A stretch of DNA of 64,000 bases from Patellaria atrata CBS 101060. Taxonomy: Eukaryota. The position numbers and the translations under genes were made by a program. The notes under the pieces are model-generated. The model did no database searches. It had not been told where the DNA came from and saw nothing but the letters and a program-made list of their open reading frames with translations. Positions 47,057 through 59,951 of the stretch are shown piece after piece (the first letter of the stretch is position 1; the number at the start of each line of letters is the position of its first letter). The DNA is taken from assembly GCA_010093705.1 (NCBI GenBank), contig MU006098.1, positions 293,981-357,980 of the forward strand, in the 5' to 3' direction.

Positions 47057-50000
47057 AAGGTGGATGGAGTAGGGTTAATGAGTTTGGAGATAAGGTGAGG
47101 TTGGAGACTGGTGAGCTTAGAGACTGAAGAGCTTGGAGTCCGAGCAGTTCGGGGTTGTACGGTATGAATAGTCAAGCTTGCAATTGTGTTGGGCATTGTG
47201 AGAACGTGGCGGAATTGCATGGTAGGGTTTCACTGCGATCAAGCGGTATTTAGGTCGGTATCTATTTCCTTTCCTCCCTCTCTTTATACTTCTTTCGAGA
47301 AGGCGTGGGATTGGGTGTGCATCATACGTCGGTCGGCGGATAAGGACAAAGTCAGGAATAGTGGACGTTCTGAGCATGAGTAGTATCCAAGGTAGGGATA
47401 GGTATAGATATGACTTCACTTTCAATCAAATTTATCTTATTACTCTAGATGATCTCGAATTCGGAAGCTACATGATTATTTCGTTGCATTGGAAGAAAGT
47501 ACAAGTCTTCTTTTGGTTCCTACATCGCTTTGTGCCATGGGTCCAGCTGTTTTGATTCTGGAGAAAGTCTCAGATTATTTCTTCGTACTATTACATGAGT
47601 CGCCATGCCTTGGATTGCTCGCACTCTCCTCTTGTTCAAAGGTTGCCAATGAGTGATGGGAATGAACAGCGTCAGAAGTTGACGGCAACCACGGTATGTT
47701 TTACCTGAGTGCTATCTATCTTACTGCAACAAGTCTTGTCAGATTCCAATAAAATATTATCTTCTATGGCTAGGATAATCATCCGTGCTGTGATTCTCGA
47801 CATTCTTATTGTGCATGCTCAAAGTCGTTGACCTTCAATTGCTCCCATTCCTTCTACCTCACATCTCCCTTTGTCGTGCAAAGAAAGATTTCCCAAAGCG
47901 GCCTAACCCCGTCCATCGAGTTCGTCTTCTAAAAGCACCAATCGGTAATTGTTCGGGATATCTGTAACCCCTGTCAGGTCACTTAATGCAGCCAATGAGA
48001 AAACTTCCCGCTCGAATGGGTCGGATTGTGGTCATAGCTCTTGCAGCTGCGAAAGCTCCACAAAAATGCTCGCGCTCCAGCGAGCTTTCTCTTTTTTTCC
48101 TACAACCTTTTACGCAACATTAAAATACTACCCGTACCAACACGTATCAACGGATTTTGTGATAACTCTGTAGTTGCTGACTGGCCACCCAAGCTCGTAA
48201 GTTAGGTTCGACTTCTGGTATCCACTCGCTTCAACAGTATCTTACCCATCCAACGGTCATTCCCCTTAGGTCGGCAATGGTTCATTTCTCTGCTATCGGT
48301 TGCGTGCTTTTATACACTTTTGAGAAATCCCGCGTTTACCTGGGGTACGACCTGGGTGGTGATCCTTCTCGATGGTAGCGAAAGTTGCGCTGTGGGGCTG
48401 TGGGAACCATTTGCTTGATGCTAAGTCCTCCGGCGTCGCCAACTTATCTCCAGGTTTGAACGTCATCTTGCTCCTCCTCTCTTCTCTTTCCGCTAGCTAA
48501 CTCGATTCATAGGTAGGGTCTCTTTGCGGGACGCTGTCATCCATTGAGCGCGGTTTCGGATGACGCAGAGCTTGCTCATTACTGACGATGCAAAGGAAGT
48601 GGACTTCAACAGGGCCTGTATAGCAGGACATCGACGGCCGGCGATAACACTGGTCTCCAGGATCCCTCATGTGATGACGCTGTCTCGCATGTGAAGGAAC
48701 AAATCGTGTCTCTCCCGATGTGGGTTTTGAAGTGCAGGTGCTGCTGGGACGGGTCAGTAACTCTTCTCATCCGGGACTTGGTGTTATTGTATACCAGTGG
48801 CCAGCCGACGGGTGAGTTCCTCGAAAGAGGTAGCCTGGAGCCGAGGTGTTCTTTGCGTCTTCGGACAATAACGGCACCGAGGTTTGTGGCAGTACAGAGA
48901 CGCATGACCAAAGGTCTTTCATGGCCTGTGGTGCACTTGAGCTAGAAATAGTAGATGGTGCAAACACAGCCACATCCTGATACCTGAAAAGGCGAAGGAT
49001 GGCCGACCCGCAAGGTAAAGCATGGCACCCAATCGAGCTTCGGCTCAACTGAGTAAGGCCCACGCGACTCTCCGAGTTGACGTGGTGAGCTCAACCGGGA
49101 CCTTTGGCTCGCCGTCGCAATCTGGCATCTTGAGACACGATAGATCATGGTGAATACCATGTGAATCAGATGAAAATCATTCTTCGAACGAGCCGATGTC
49201 TTACCGTTTGTGCTTGCGCAAACCAACGAGACCGAGTGCCCTTCACAGTTCGCTGCCAAGGGAAGCGTCATCACATCCTGCCTCAGCTCGTTAGCAATAG
49301 CAGTCGTGTCAATCTTGTGGTGTACACTCGGGTCCCAGCGAACCTGTCGTACATTCATCTCAAGGTGGATTGTAAGTCAACCATTCGCAACCCCTCTCTT
49401 TCGATGCCGTCAACTTTGCGAAAGAATATGCGTGTCGTTGATGACCTGTTCTTTGAGAAGCTGATTCCGCCCGGAGTTTACGTGCATTTCATCGCGCTAG
49501 ACATCTCTCCACACGTCATCCTGTGTTTCGAGTCCGCCGCCCGCTTCTGGTGTTCTGTCTTGGTGGCTGGAAAGACCCAGTCGTCGTGCTGTCTCACTCA
49601 ACACAACCCGCCCGAATTGCCTTTGAAACGTCATTGCGGGCATTAGGCAGTTAGTCACTTTCTGTGGCTTTTTTGTGACTCCTGTCGCTTCTGTGGGGTT
49701 TCTGTGGCTTCTGTGGGTTTATCTGAGGGCTTTAGGGTTTGTGGAAACTGGGGGCATATGTGGCTCTGGGGAAATAACCTTCAACGGCAAGAACATCCTG
49801 CGTACGTTCGATGATGCTATGGTCTAGGAAGTAGTTCACCCTATTCTCTGGTTAGGTCGTTCGTGTGTGTTCTTGGGGGTTGTAGGTTGGGAGAGTGGCC
49901 ATTTAGTTGGCCGCTCGAGGAACTTCAGCGATGCTCAACACCTCAACGCGGTGCTGAAGTCTAGTAGCTGTTTTTTTGACAGTGAAGCTAAGATTGAGCT

Positions 50001-51051
50001 TTTTCTTTGGTTTGTTTTGTGCACGATAGAGATAGTGGAAATGGTGCTGTGGTGGATATGGTGGTTTGTTTGTAGAAAGTTGATACACAATTCAATCTTG
50101 TTTACTGAACGTATTGCTGATCAGTGTATTAACCTTGTACACATTCTTTGTCCAACAAACTGAGCTGACTCTAGAGTTTGTAATGAGGCCTTTCCTCCGC
50201 AAATCGAGTTGTTGTTTCAAGACGCTCTAATGGGACTTGGGAATGGAGTTTGCACTTAAGATAAAAGCCACACAGACACAGTCCTTCGGCAGTTGATCTA
50301 TTGACCAGTCATGAAGTGCAGCGATCATTCAAATTGTTTTCTCTAAATCTCTATCACTCATTACTTTTCTTCTATCCCCATAGATCTTTCTCCTACTCCA
50401 CAAGTTGGGACTTGGCAAATACTTTTTTGAAAGGAGAGAGGATTGAGTGAGGGACATTGCAGTAAAATTCCGCTGGTTCATCCACACACCCAATGAACAC
50501 AGTTCTACTAAACCTCCAATTAACATCACCATCTCAAATTTCTATCTCAACTCAGCCTCAACGCTTATGGAATCATGGTAATCCACTCCCCCCATTCCTC
50601 CATACTTACACCTCTTCCTCATCCTCATCCTCCAAACCAAACCAATCCCCGTAATATATCCCAAGCTAGCCCTCATCATCGCACCGTTCACCACTTCTCC
50701 CTTACTAGACGAGAGAAGCTGATAGAGTCTGCGCTTTCTGTTGGATATTACTCCCCTCCTCTCCTCTCCCTACGAGCTGGAATGGAATAGAATGGGTAGA
50801 GACTGGAAGGAACTGCGGTTGCTTTAGGCCGTTGAATTGAAGTTCCCGTGGACTGGGATGGTTGGAGTGGAGGATGGGAAGTGATCTGATTTGGTGTGGG
50901 GTTTGCATGTGTCTACGCTACCTTCTCATCCGGATTAAGGAACGGGAAACTAGAGCGATGGCGTTAGAGTGTTGAGTATATGATCTCTCGGCCTTGAGCG
51001 CCCGTGTGAGTAAGTTTGGCTTCGATCCCTTTTTTCCTATAGCGGAAATAC

Positions 51052-51640
51052 CTGTTGAAGTATGGGTCCCCTGTTAGACTGAAGATCTTGGTGGAAAGGA
51101 TAATCAAGTATATCTCCTACTGCCTTACGCTAGTTATTAGCATCATTCCTTTAACACAGCTGCTTTGTAGGTATCAACGCTGTTGCCTGCATGTTCTCAG
51201 TTGCCTAGTAGGTATAAACGCTGTTACCTACATGTTCTCATATATTTAAACGCTCTTTAGAACAGTTATTAAACAATCGAGCGATTATCTTGATCATTTT
51301 CAGCACCCTTACGTCTGACAATACCGTAGAGTCTTCGGCAATCCTACTCCCGTTGTATTCCCAGAGTCCTGGTGTCAGACGGCTGAATCCCAACATGCTT
51401 TATTTTATACCTGACGTAGTTAGCATATGTCAGACTGAAGATACTGGGTGAAATATTGTTAGATGGTGGAGCTGTTAGAGTATTGGTCCTACCGGCGACC
51501 AGGGCTAACGAGCTACTCGCTTATTTGGTATTAGCGTAACCAGGGTTACTAATCTGATACAGTACTAACTTATCTTTTAGTGCTTACTGTTGGTATCTGT
51601 ATTTGCTGTTTTCTAAGACATAGATTTCGTACTGTTCCGT
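51052..51640. mobile_element. Cluster of nested LTR fragments
   Basis: Several TG-initiated LTR-like starts recur elsewhere: TGTYGAAGTATGGGTCC (51052, 55451), TGTYAGACTGAAGAT (51072, 51428), TGTCASACGGCTGAATCCC (51373, 51641), TGTTAGATGGTGGAGCTGTT (51457, 55399). Confidence 0.7.
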
Positions 51641-53340
51641 TGTCACACGGCTGAATCCCCACAGCCTTATTTTATACCTGACGTAGTTAACATGGTGGAG
51701 CTTACCATCGGGTAAATGCGATGCTGACTAGTGGAAATAGTGGCATCGGATATTAGCTTGAGACATTGTGTCAAACTGTATTGAAACAGGCCTCTAACCT
51801 AACATGTATCTGTTGCTTTATCTATTTTCTTAGATTCATGCTCGTCGTCATCTTTCTGTATACAAATAGTCCGTATCTCTCAGTAGTAGCAAAGCAAGCG
51901 ACTATATTCAGTTATCAGAAATCTCACAGTTATGGGCCCGGCTTGCACGTAGCTTTGAGAGATCAGCTGAGTTTTTGAGATATTTAAGCATTATCTTTGC
52001 CAGTCTTTTGACCCATTTTGCCGTTGTGGTGGTGCTTTTACTGCTCCATCTACTTTTGGACATATCTTTACTTAAATATACTTATCTCTTCAGGTTTTGA
52101 GCTATCCGCTTGCCAACATGTCGTCTTCAACCCTTACTTCGGAGTCTCCCATTATACTAAACTCGTCTTCTGATTGGAACACGTGGATCGGCCTGATCAA
52201 AGGGAAAGCTGAAGCTAGTAAAGTATGGAAATACGTAAATTCTGATATAGCGGAACCCCCTGAGACCGACCAGACAGGCGAGCTTGCTGATAATGCAACT
52301 AATGCTCAGCTTGAAAAGTACAGACGACAGTGTAAGATCTACGAAAAAGGTCAAGAAGCTATCGTTGATTTACAGAGCGCTATATACAACTCTATCTCGT
52401 CATCAACGCTTCAGCATATTATAAACCTCAAATCGGTCCATGAAAAACTCGTTGAGCTTAGATCCCGATTCCGTCCAGCTAATCACTCGTCTATCTTTGA
52501 GATATCCGGACGGCTAAACGCTCTTAGAGCCTCAATCAAGAAGAGGAATGTTTACGATTGGCTCCATGACTACGAAACTATCTACTCAGAGAGTAAACAA
52601 ATCCAGCACCCCTTTATCGGCATCTTTATGTTTGAGGTGGAGCTTCTAGAAGCTATCAAGCAAGTGGACGAGCACTGGGCAGTGACAAATCAGGTGAAAC
52701 TGATGGATCAGCTTGACAATAGACCCTTTCTTGTGTCTGTTGTTGATAACGCAGGCACAGTCAGTGTCCAAACTCCTGTCGACGACGTTCACAAGAACAT
52801 CAAGAAGTACGCTGCCTACAAGCGCGCCACTGGAGCGGTATCTTCATCCAAAGGGACAGCATTTGCCACGTTCCAGGGGGAATCAAATACAACAAAAAAG
52901 GACAAATCCTCCCAACAGTATGGAAAGAAGCTTCTTTGCCTTTGTGGACAAAATCACTTCTTCAGATCGTGTTGTTATATCAATCCGGCTGCAACGAAGC
53001 CAGCCAACTACTCAGAGAAGGTACAACATGAGGTCAACGAATGATATAAAATCTCCAGCGAACGAATAAGACCTACCATTGATATTATCAGAGCAGAATT
53101 CAAGAAATCCCAAGAATCCTCTGAAGGACAAGATCAGTCTTCTGCACCTTCAAAACCAAACAAATCCTCAGGTCCTGCAGCCACCCTTATGGCAACGACC
53201 TTTCACGAAGATATGCCATACAAAATTTTCGGCTTCTTACGTATTAGACGGTGGATCTGATGTCCACGTCTACAATAACCCAGCTATTTTTAAGATTGAA
53301 ACAGCATCAACTGGGACGGATCCGTATCCCATACCTAGAG
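51641..53340 (+). mobile_element. Ty1/Copia retrotransposon 5' half (LTR, PBS, gag, start of protease)
   Basis: LTR 51641-51928 (TG..CA). PBS GTTATGGGCCCGG. gag from ATG 52118 (ILNSSSDWNTW..VWKYVN) with Zn knuckle CLCGQNHFFRSC. CGA>TGA stop at 53042. Protease YVLDGGSDVHV. Confidence 0.88.
51929..51941 (+). promoter_or_regulatory. Primer-binding site, half-tRNAiMet type
   Basis: GTTATGGGCCCGG directly follows the LTR-terminal CA. It resembles the GGTTATGRGCCC PBS of copia/Ty5. Confidence 0.75.
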
Positions 53341-53359
53341 TCAGTCCAAGATTTCCTGT

Positions 53360-55244
53360 TTAAATCTTAAAAATAACTGGGTTATTGTAGACGTGGAAAT
53401 CAGGTCCACCGTCTAATACGTAAGAAGCCGAAAATTTTGTATGGCATATCTTCATGAAAGGTCGTTGCCATAAGGGTGGCTGCAGGACCTGAGGATTTGT
53501 TTGGTTTTGAAGGTGCAGAAGACTGATCTTTCCCTTGAGAGGATTCTTGGGAATTTTTGAATTCTGCTCTGATTTTGTCAATGGCAGATCTTATTCGTTC
53601 GCTAGAGGTTTTGTATCGTTCGTTGACCTCACGTTGTACCTTCTCTGAGTAGTTGGCTAGCTTCGTTGCAGCTGGATTGATATAACAGCACGACCTAAAG
53701 AAGTGATGTTGTCCATAAAGACAAAGAGGCTTCTTTCCATACTGTTGAGTTGATTTGTCGTTTGTCGTATTTGATTCTCCCTGAAACGTGGCAAGTGCTG
53801 TGCCTTTGGATGAAGATACCGCTCCAGTGGCGCGCTTGTAGGCAGCGTACTGCTTGACGATCTTGTGGGCGTCGTCGACAGGAGTATGGACACTGGCTGT
53901 GGCCGCGTTATCTAAAACAGGCACAAGGGGGGGGTCTATTGTTAAGCTGATCCATCAGTTTCACCTGATTTGTCACTGCCCAGTGCTCGTCCACTTGCTT
54001 GATAGCTTCTAGAAGCTCCACCTCAAACATAAAGATGCCGATAAAGGGGTGCTGGATTTGTTTACTCTCTGAGTAGATAGTTTCGTAGTCATGGAGCCAA
54101 TCGTAAACATTCCTCTTCTTGATTGAGGCTCTAAGAGCGTTTAGCCGTCCGGATATCTCAAAGATAGACGAGTGATTAGCTGGACGGAATCGGGATCTAA
54201 GCTCAACGAGTTTTTCATGGACCGATTTGAGGTTTATAATATGCTGAAGCGTTGATGACGAGATAGAGTTGTATATAGCGTTCTGTAAATCAACGATAGC
54301 TTCTTGACCTTTTTCGTAGATCTTACACTGTCGTCTGTACTTTTCAAGCTGAGCATTAGTTGCATTATCAGCAAGCTCGCCTGTCTGGTCGGTCTCAGGG
54401 GGTTCCGCTATATCAGAATTTACGTATTTCCATACTTTACTAGCTTCAGCTTTCCCTTTGATCAGGCCGATCCACGTGTTCCAATCAGAAGACGAGTTTA
54501 GTATAATGGAAGACTTCGAAGTAAGGGTTGAAGACGACATGTTGGCAAGCAGACAGCTCAAAAGCAGAAGAGATGTGTTAAGAAACGAGCATAGAGCTGT
54601 GGTAAAAGTGAGTTGAATTGGTCTAGTTCTAGCTACGAGTAGACGAGAAGACATGCGTGAGCCAAGCCTCTCGGGCCGACCAATCTCCCTTACCGTGAGG
54701 CCAGCGGTGCCTAGTCACTGACCGGTTAGTATACCGTTCCGTAACAAGATGGGAGTATATTTAAGTAAAGATATGTCCAAAAGTAGATGGAGCAGTAAAA
54801 GCACCACCACAAGGGTAAAAGGAGTCAAAAGACTGATAAAGATTGTGCTTAAATATCTCAAAAACTCAACTGATCTCTCAAAGCTACGTGCAAACCGGGC
54901 TCATAACTGTGAGATTGTGGATAGCTGAAAAGAGTCGTTTCCTCCTCAAGTTATTTTCTAAGATACAGTTCTTATATCCCTATTCCGAGCCTATTCCCAA
55001 CCGAATTGTAACACATAGAATGAGGTCGGCAAGCTCTAGGATACACTGATAGGTGGAATAAGTTTCAGTAGCTCTATGTAACTATAGCATAAAGAAAAAG
55101 ATGTTGTGTAGCAGAGAGATGGTACAACTGAAACTTTATCAGGATCCCTGACATAACGATACCGTAATTGTGGTGGAATAGGCGACTAGCTTGCTAGCCC
55201 CGGTCACCCTGATTATCCTTTCTACTAGGATCAGCCGTCTGACA
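53360..55244 (-). mobile_element. Second Copia 5' half, inverted relative to the first
   Basis: LTR 55244-54908 and PBS GTTATGAGCCCGG (54907-54895). gag is nearly identical to the plus copy, with a frameshift near 53930. Protease YVLDGGPDFHV. Confidence 0.88.
54576..54746. mobile_element. Solo LTR (171 bp) in the leader of the inverted Copia copy
   Basis: TGTTAAG...GTAACA flanked by AGATG/AGATG. Absent from the homologous plus-strand arm. Confidence 0.9.
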
Positions 55245-55317
55245 CAACCTTCTGAAATTGCCCACGCAAGAAAAAGCGATATTGTTCAAATTTGGAAGAA
55301 CTACATTGCCCGGATTT

Positions 55318-55902
55318 TGTCAGACGGCTGATCTCCGATAGCCTTCTGTTGGAGATTTTCAGAGCTAAGTGTTCGGCTCCGACTTATAAGTTAAGTATTG
55401 TTAGATGGTGGAGCTGTTGGAGTATTGGTGCTACTGGCGACCAGGGGTAATGTCGAAGTATGGGTCCTTTGGTGGATCTGTCAACTATCTGTCAGATGTC
55501 AACCACGAAGTAGCATGGAGCACGAAAAAGTCTCTCTTCAACAATTATTTGTTTCGTCCTCAACTGACTCCACTATCTCAACAGATACCTCAACGATTAT
55601 TAGATATTGTCACGGTTCCCTTACCACAAATCTCATTCCTTCTATCACGTGACCTATCTTATCAGATTAGATCTCTGGGCAACTCCAACATCAAGTTGCC
55701 CACTCCATAGCTACTGGAAATCTCCAGTCTTAATATATTCGTTAATACTCGATATACGGTGATTCCCAGTGATTGCAGTTCCCTTACAGATATATTGAGA
55801 TTTAGATACGTGTTCTCGGTAGCTCTTCAGTATGTATAGAAATTCCTTTAGTGGATAGATAGAAAAATCAAGCGACTATATTCAGTTATCCACAATCTCA
55901 CA
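55318..55902 (+). mobile_element. Composite solo Copia LTR with further LTRs nested inside
   Basis: TGTCAGACGG...ATCCACAATCTCACA flanked by GATTT/GATTT. Removing it restores the integrase frame. Confidence 0.88.
55608..55788. mobile_element. Solo LTR (181 bp) nested in the 55318-55902 LTR
   Basis: TGTCACGG...CCTTACA flanked by GATAT/GATAT. Confidence 0.82.
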
Positions 55903-56437
55903 GATTTTGGCTCAATTCAGATATACTGTTGTCTATTTTGAACGAGACGGTGAGTCAGCACTTACTAACGAGTTCTACGACGAACTCGCTGCTATAGGAG
56001 GAATTTCAGAGCCCTCAGCCCCCTATACTCCTGCTCCGAATGCAGGTGCTGAGTCATCTGGAAGAGTTATTATTTTGAGAAGCAGGGGCTTACGTGTTGG
56101 GGCTCAACTTTCACACGATATCTGGCCTGAGCTGACACATACAGTTGTGTATCTGCTGAACAGAACACCGACAAAGAGGCTTAACTGGAAGACCCCTTTT
56201 GAGCTCGCCACTGGTAGGAAGCCTAATCTCAGCCACCTACGGGTATATAGCTGTAAAGCCTACGTTTTGAACAAAAACATCCCCAGACTTCAAAAACTTG
56301 ATCCACGTGCTCACATCGGACATTTGGTTGGCTACGATTCATCGAATATCTTCCGTATTTGGGTGCCCAGCTTGAGGCGTGTTTTCGCCTCAAGAGACGT
56401 CCGTTTTGACAAAAATTCACTTTACAATCCTCGAGAT

Positions 56438-56610
56438 TGTCACGGGTTAGACCCGATAGGTATAAGTGCCTTGGATGATCCAGCGGCTTAGTCATACTGT
56501 ACTTTAACAGAACAGCATATGCTGTCTCAACACTTTCTTTCCTTAAGTTTAATCTTCATGTACATACAGCAATATACCTTTCAGCTCTCATCTGAGGTTG
56601 AGCCTTGACA
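56438..56610. mobile_element. Solo LTR (173 bp) in the Copia integrase tail
   Basis: TGTCACGG...CCTTGACA flanked by GAGAT/GAGAT. Removal gives YNPRDIDIRHLL. Confidence 0.88.
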
Positions 56611-57098
56611 GAGATATCGATATCCGTCACCTACTTAAGAAATCCACGACAGAAGTAATCGATATACTCGAGATTCTACCAAGTCTCCGAGCAAAAAGCG
56701 ATGCAGGCGGAATATCCGGTGATCTTAGACATTGATAATTCGACAGGAACTACAGATCCTATACTATCCATAGCTCCTATACCTTTGAGCACCGCTCCCC
56801 TTCAAGACACTGAAAAGTCGTCCGCAGCATACCTGCCCTCACCATAACCAACACCAGATACTGATTCGAGCTCTGAGGATCTATCACAGGATCCGCCAAA
56901 CCAACATGTCCAGCAGACAGCTCAGGGGCTGACTAGGGATGCCGAAAAAGCTCGGGATCCGTCACAAAGCTCCTCCATAGGCGGAAATATAACAATAAGC
57001 ACTCGCCTGACTCAAGACATAGCCCCTCGAGCTAATCAGATATCGGCTGAATTTGATGAGTCAAATATATTGACTGGTAAGCGCTGTAGAGGTCATAC

Positions 57099-58822
57099 CA
57101 TACCACTCTGGTGGAATAGTGAGAACAGAAATGATCTACAAGTAGGGAAATACCAACAGCTGCAAAATAAAGCGACACGCCTCATTCTAGGGGCATTTAA
57201 GACATCTCCAAGCATGGCCATGGAGATTGAAGCAGCCCTACCTCCTCCAGCTATCAGATTTGAGAAACTCTGCAACTCCTACGCAATCAGAACTCTGAAG
57301 TTCCAGAAGAATCATCTGGTTAAGAAGATGATTAGACAAGAATGTGATAGAGATATCCCAGAGCCATGCCTAGGGTATGAGTCAGAGATGGAGAACTCAG
57401 TAATAAAGTATATTACCAATCTCAAAAGTCAACTGATGAAGCTTATAGCCAGGAACCAAACACTCATCAGAAATTGGAAGATTGAGAAAATGACAGCACA
57501 ATGCACACCACCCTGGAAGGACAGAATGCAGGCAAACATCCATATCTCTAAGGAGGACAAAGAGAAGGCCGCTAAGGAGCACAATCAGCTACTCAAGTGT
57601 CTGGCGCCAGATTTGAGGGAAGGAAAGACCAGTGTATATTACACAGATGGATCAAAAGGCGACAACAAAAATGCAGCCGGAGCTTGTAAAACAGGCAAAA
57701 AATAACTCAATTCTATTTGCCAGCAACTGGAACCTAGGAGATAGCATTGAGATCATGGGATGCAGAGCTTTTTGCAGTGCTCAAGGCAATGGAAAGGGAA
57801 AGAAAAGAACAAGAAAAGGGACAATCAACTTCCAAAATAGTTTGGATCTTTATTGATAGCTAAGCAGCAATCAAAAGACTCCAGAAGAAATGCCTTGAAG
57901 GAGGACAAGAATTGGTTACACTGATAAGCAATCAGTATGATATCCTGACAACAGAATGGGGCATGAATGTCAATTTCAGCTGGGTTCCAAGCCACAAGGC
58001 ATCTTTGGCAATGAGCTGGCAGACAAACTGGCCAAACTTAGACTGGCAAGGAAATCTGTACAAGCATCATTCACCTCACTAAGCCACCTCAAACGTATAA
58101 GCAGAGAAAAGCTCATAACAGGTTGGAAAAGGGAATGGGAAACAAATCCTAAAAAACAAGGGAAGCACTACACCCAAGTTTGCAGAGCAGCAATCTCATT
58201 CTCAACCGAATCATCGATGCCAAAATATCCAAAAAGGACTCACGCAGCATCTTTCAGCTAAAGAGTGGAGCAGGCTTCTTCAAATCATACTCCAAGAGAA
58301 TTGGAAAGGATATTAAAGGGAAATGTTTTAGAGACTGCAAGTGTATCCAGAGCCCAAGGCACCTGGTTCTTCACTGCAATCATTACTCCAAGGAACGCAA
58401 AATCATGGAGAAGCAGCTAAAGTCAGGAATGACATTAACAAAGCTCTTTTGTACAGAGAAAGGGAAAGAAGTACTCTTCCAATACCTACATAATACACAG
58501 ATTTCAACAGCTAAATGGCTTCTACATACAAGAGAAATAAATGAAGAAGAAAAAGAAACGTATTAAAAATGATAGCATACAGGGGAAAAACTAGATTGAA
58601 ATATAATGCAGGGAATTGAGGAGCAAAGGATACAGTGGAGTTGGTTCACTTTTTCTAAAAGCTTGACTTGGACTGCAAAGTTTGGACAACTGGAGAGTTT
58701 CACTCCTCAGACACTCTCACTAGACATATTATTGCCCTAGAATAGGGATTAATGTGAATAGAAGAGTAGCGCCATAGCCCAAGAGGCTGCATGCGCAGTA
58801 TTGTAAAAAATGCAATGCAATG
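57099..58822 (+). mobile_element. 5'-truncated LINE (Tad1-like) 3' portion: RT tail, RNase H, Cys/His motif, 3' UTR
   Basis: PLWW..LQNKATRLILGAFKTSP..EIEAALPP, YYTDGSK, WVPSH-GIFGNELADKLAK, KCF..C..QSPRHLVLHC. Frameshifts and stops. Tail of AATGC repeats. Confidence 0.9.
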
Positions 58823-58849
58823 GAATTTTTTTTTTTTTTAAAAAAAAAG

Positions 58850-59790
58850 TGCGTTTTCAGCACTCTTGACCTGGTCAAATAGGTGGATTGTGTCCATGAT
58901 AGGTTCTCTCCTATTGTGAAAGTGAATCATCTCAGTTTTTGCAATATCAAACTCGATAGAGTGCTCTTTAGCTTTAGAGATAAGTTCTTGTGCTGTAGTT
59001 TGCACCAATTTGCAGTTCTTCTTAGCAGAAGTTGAAATTACTGTTACCGAAAAGTCGTTAATATAGCTCAGTTTCTGGACTCCTTTAATGTCTTTACAGA
59101 TTTCTCTAATGTAGATCAGGAATAGTATAGGTGAAATTGGTGATCCTTGTGGTATTCCCACCTCTACGTTACACTTTTCCTGCCTTTCACCATTGAAGGC
59201 CAGTTGCATTTTCCTGTCACTTAGAAAGGTGTCAATCCACTGACAGAGGCTATATGGGAGGCCAAGCCGCTTGCATGTTGACAGCAGCTGGGTTTTTAGA
59301 CACGTGGTCAAAGGCTCCTTTAATATCAAGTAGTAGCGTTGTCGCTATCTTTTTTTTGCCTGATTTGCTTTGCCTGTGGCTTTGGATATAGTCTGTCAGT
59401 AAGAGAGCTGCATCGACAGATGAGCGCTGCTGTCTGCCTCCAATTTGGGAATCCTGCAGTAGGTTTGTTGTGTTTGCCAAATATTCTAATCTTGTTGCCA
59501 TGATCTTTTCCAAAGTTTTTCCTAAACAGTTCAGCAAGGAGCTGATGCTGTATGATTTAGGGAATGAGTAGTCTGGTTTATTTGGTTTAGGGAGCACCAC
59601 TCCCACCGCCTCTCTCCATGCTTTAGGGTGATATCCTACCTCAAATAAAATGCTGTAGATGCGTTTGAACAGCTCTGGGGCTACTGTGTATGCCCTTTTA
59701 ACGATGGTAAATGAGATCCCATCATTTCCTGGCGCCTTTTTCGTGAGCTTGACATAATGGCTGTTTCTACTTCGATCTTGCTTAGCTGTG
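58850..59790 (-). mobile_element. LINE reverse-transcriptase core fragment, opposite strand
   Basis: KKAPGNDGI, ISSLLNCLGKTLEKI, QIGGR, LLDIKGAFDHV, GIPQGSPISPILFLIY, SYINDF (decayed YIDD). Frameshifted. Confidence 0.92.
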
Positions 59791-59951
59791 TAACTTGGAT
59801 ATTGAGCGCAATACTCGTATACATCCAGAAGATAGCGTAATTCCTCATTCCGAGCTTCGCACATTTCATGGTAAAGAGCACTCAAGAGATCCGCGAGCCA
59901 TCTCAGCAAGTGTATCTTGACCGAAAGGCAAGACACGAGGAGTGACAGAGG

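Larger units (their letters stand above)
55245..57098 (+). mobile_element. Copia integrase and IN-RT linker fragment, interrupted by solo LTRs
   Basis: After removing the insertions: ARKSDIVQIWKNYIARILAQFRYTVVYFERDGE, SAPYTPAPNAGAESSG, YLLNRTPT..WKTPFE, HLVGYDSSNIFRIW, RDVRFD, PRANQISAEFDESNIL. Confidence 0.9.

Noticed and set aside
57070..57705. 211-aa ORF as a single gene
   Set aside because: Chance fusion of the Copia linker end with the 5'-truncated LINE.
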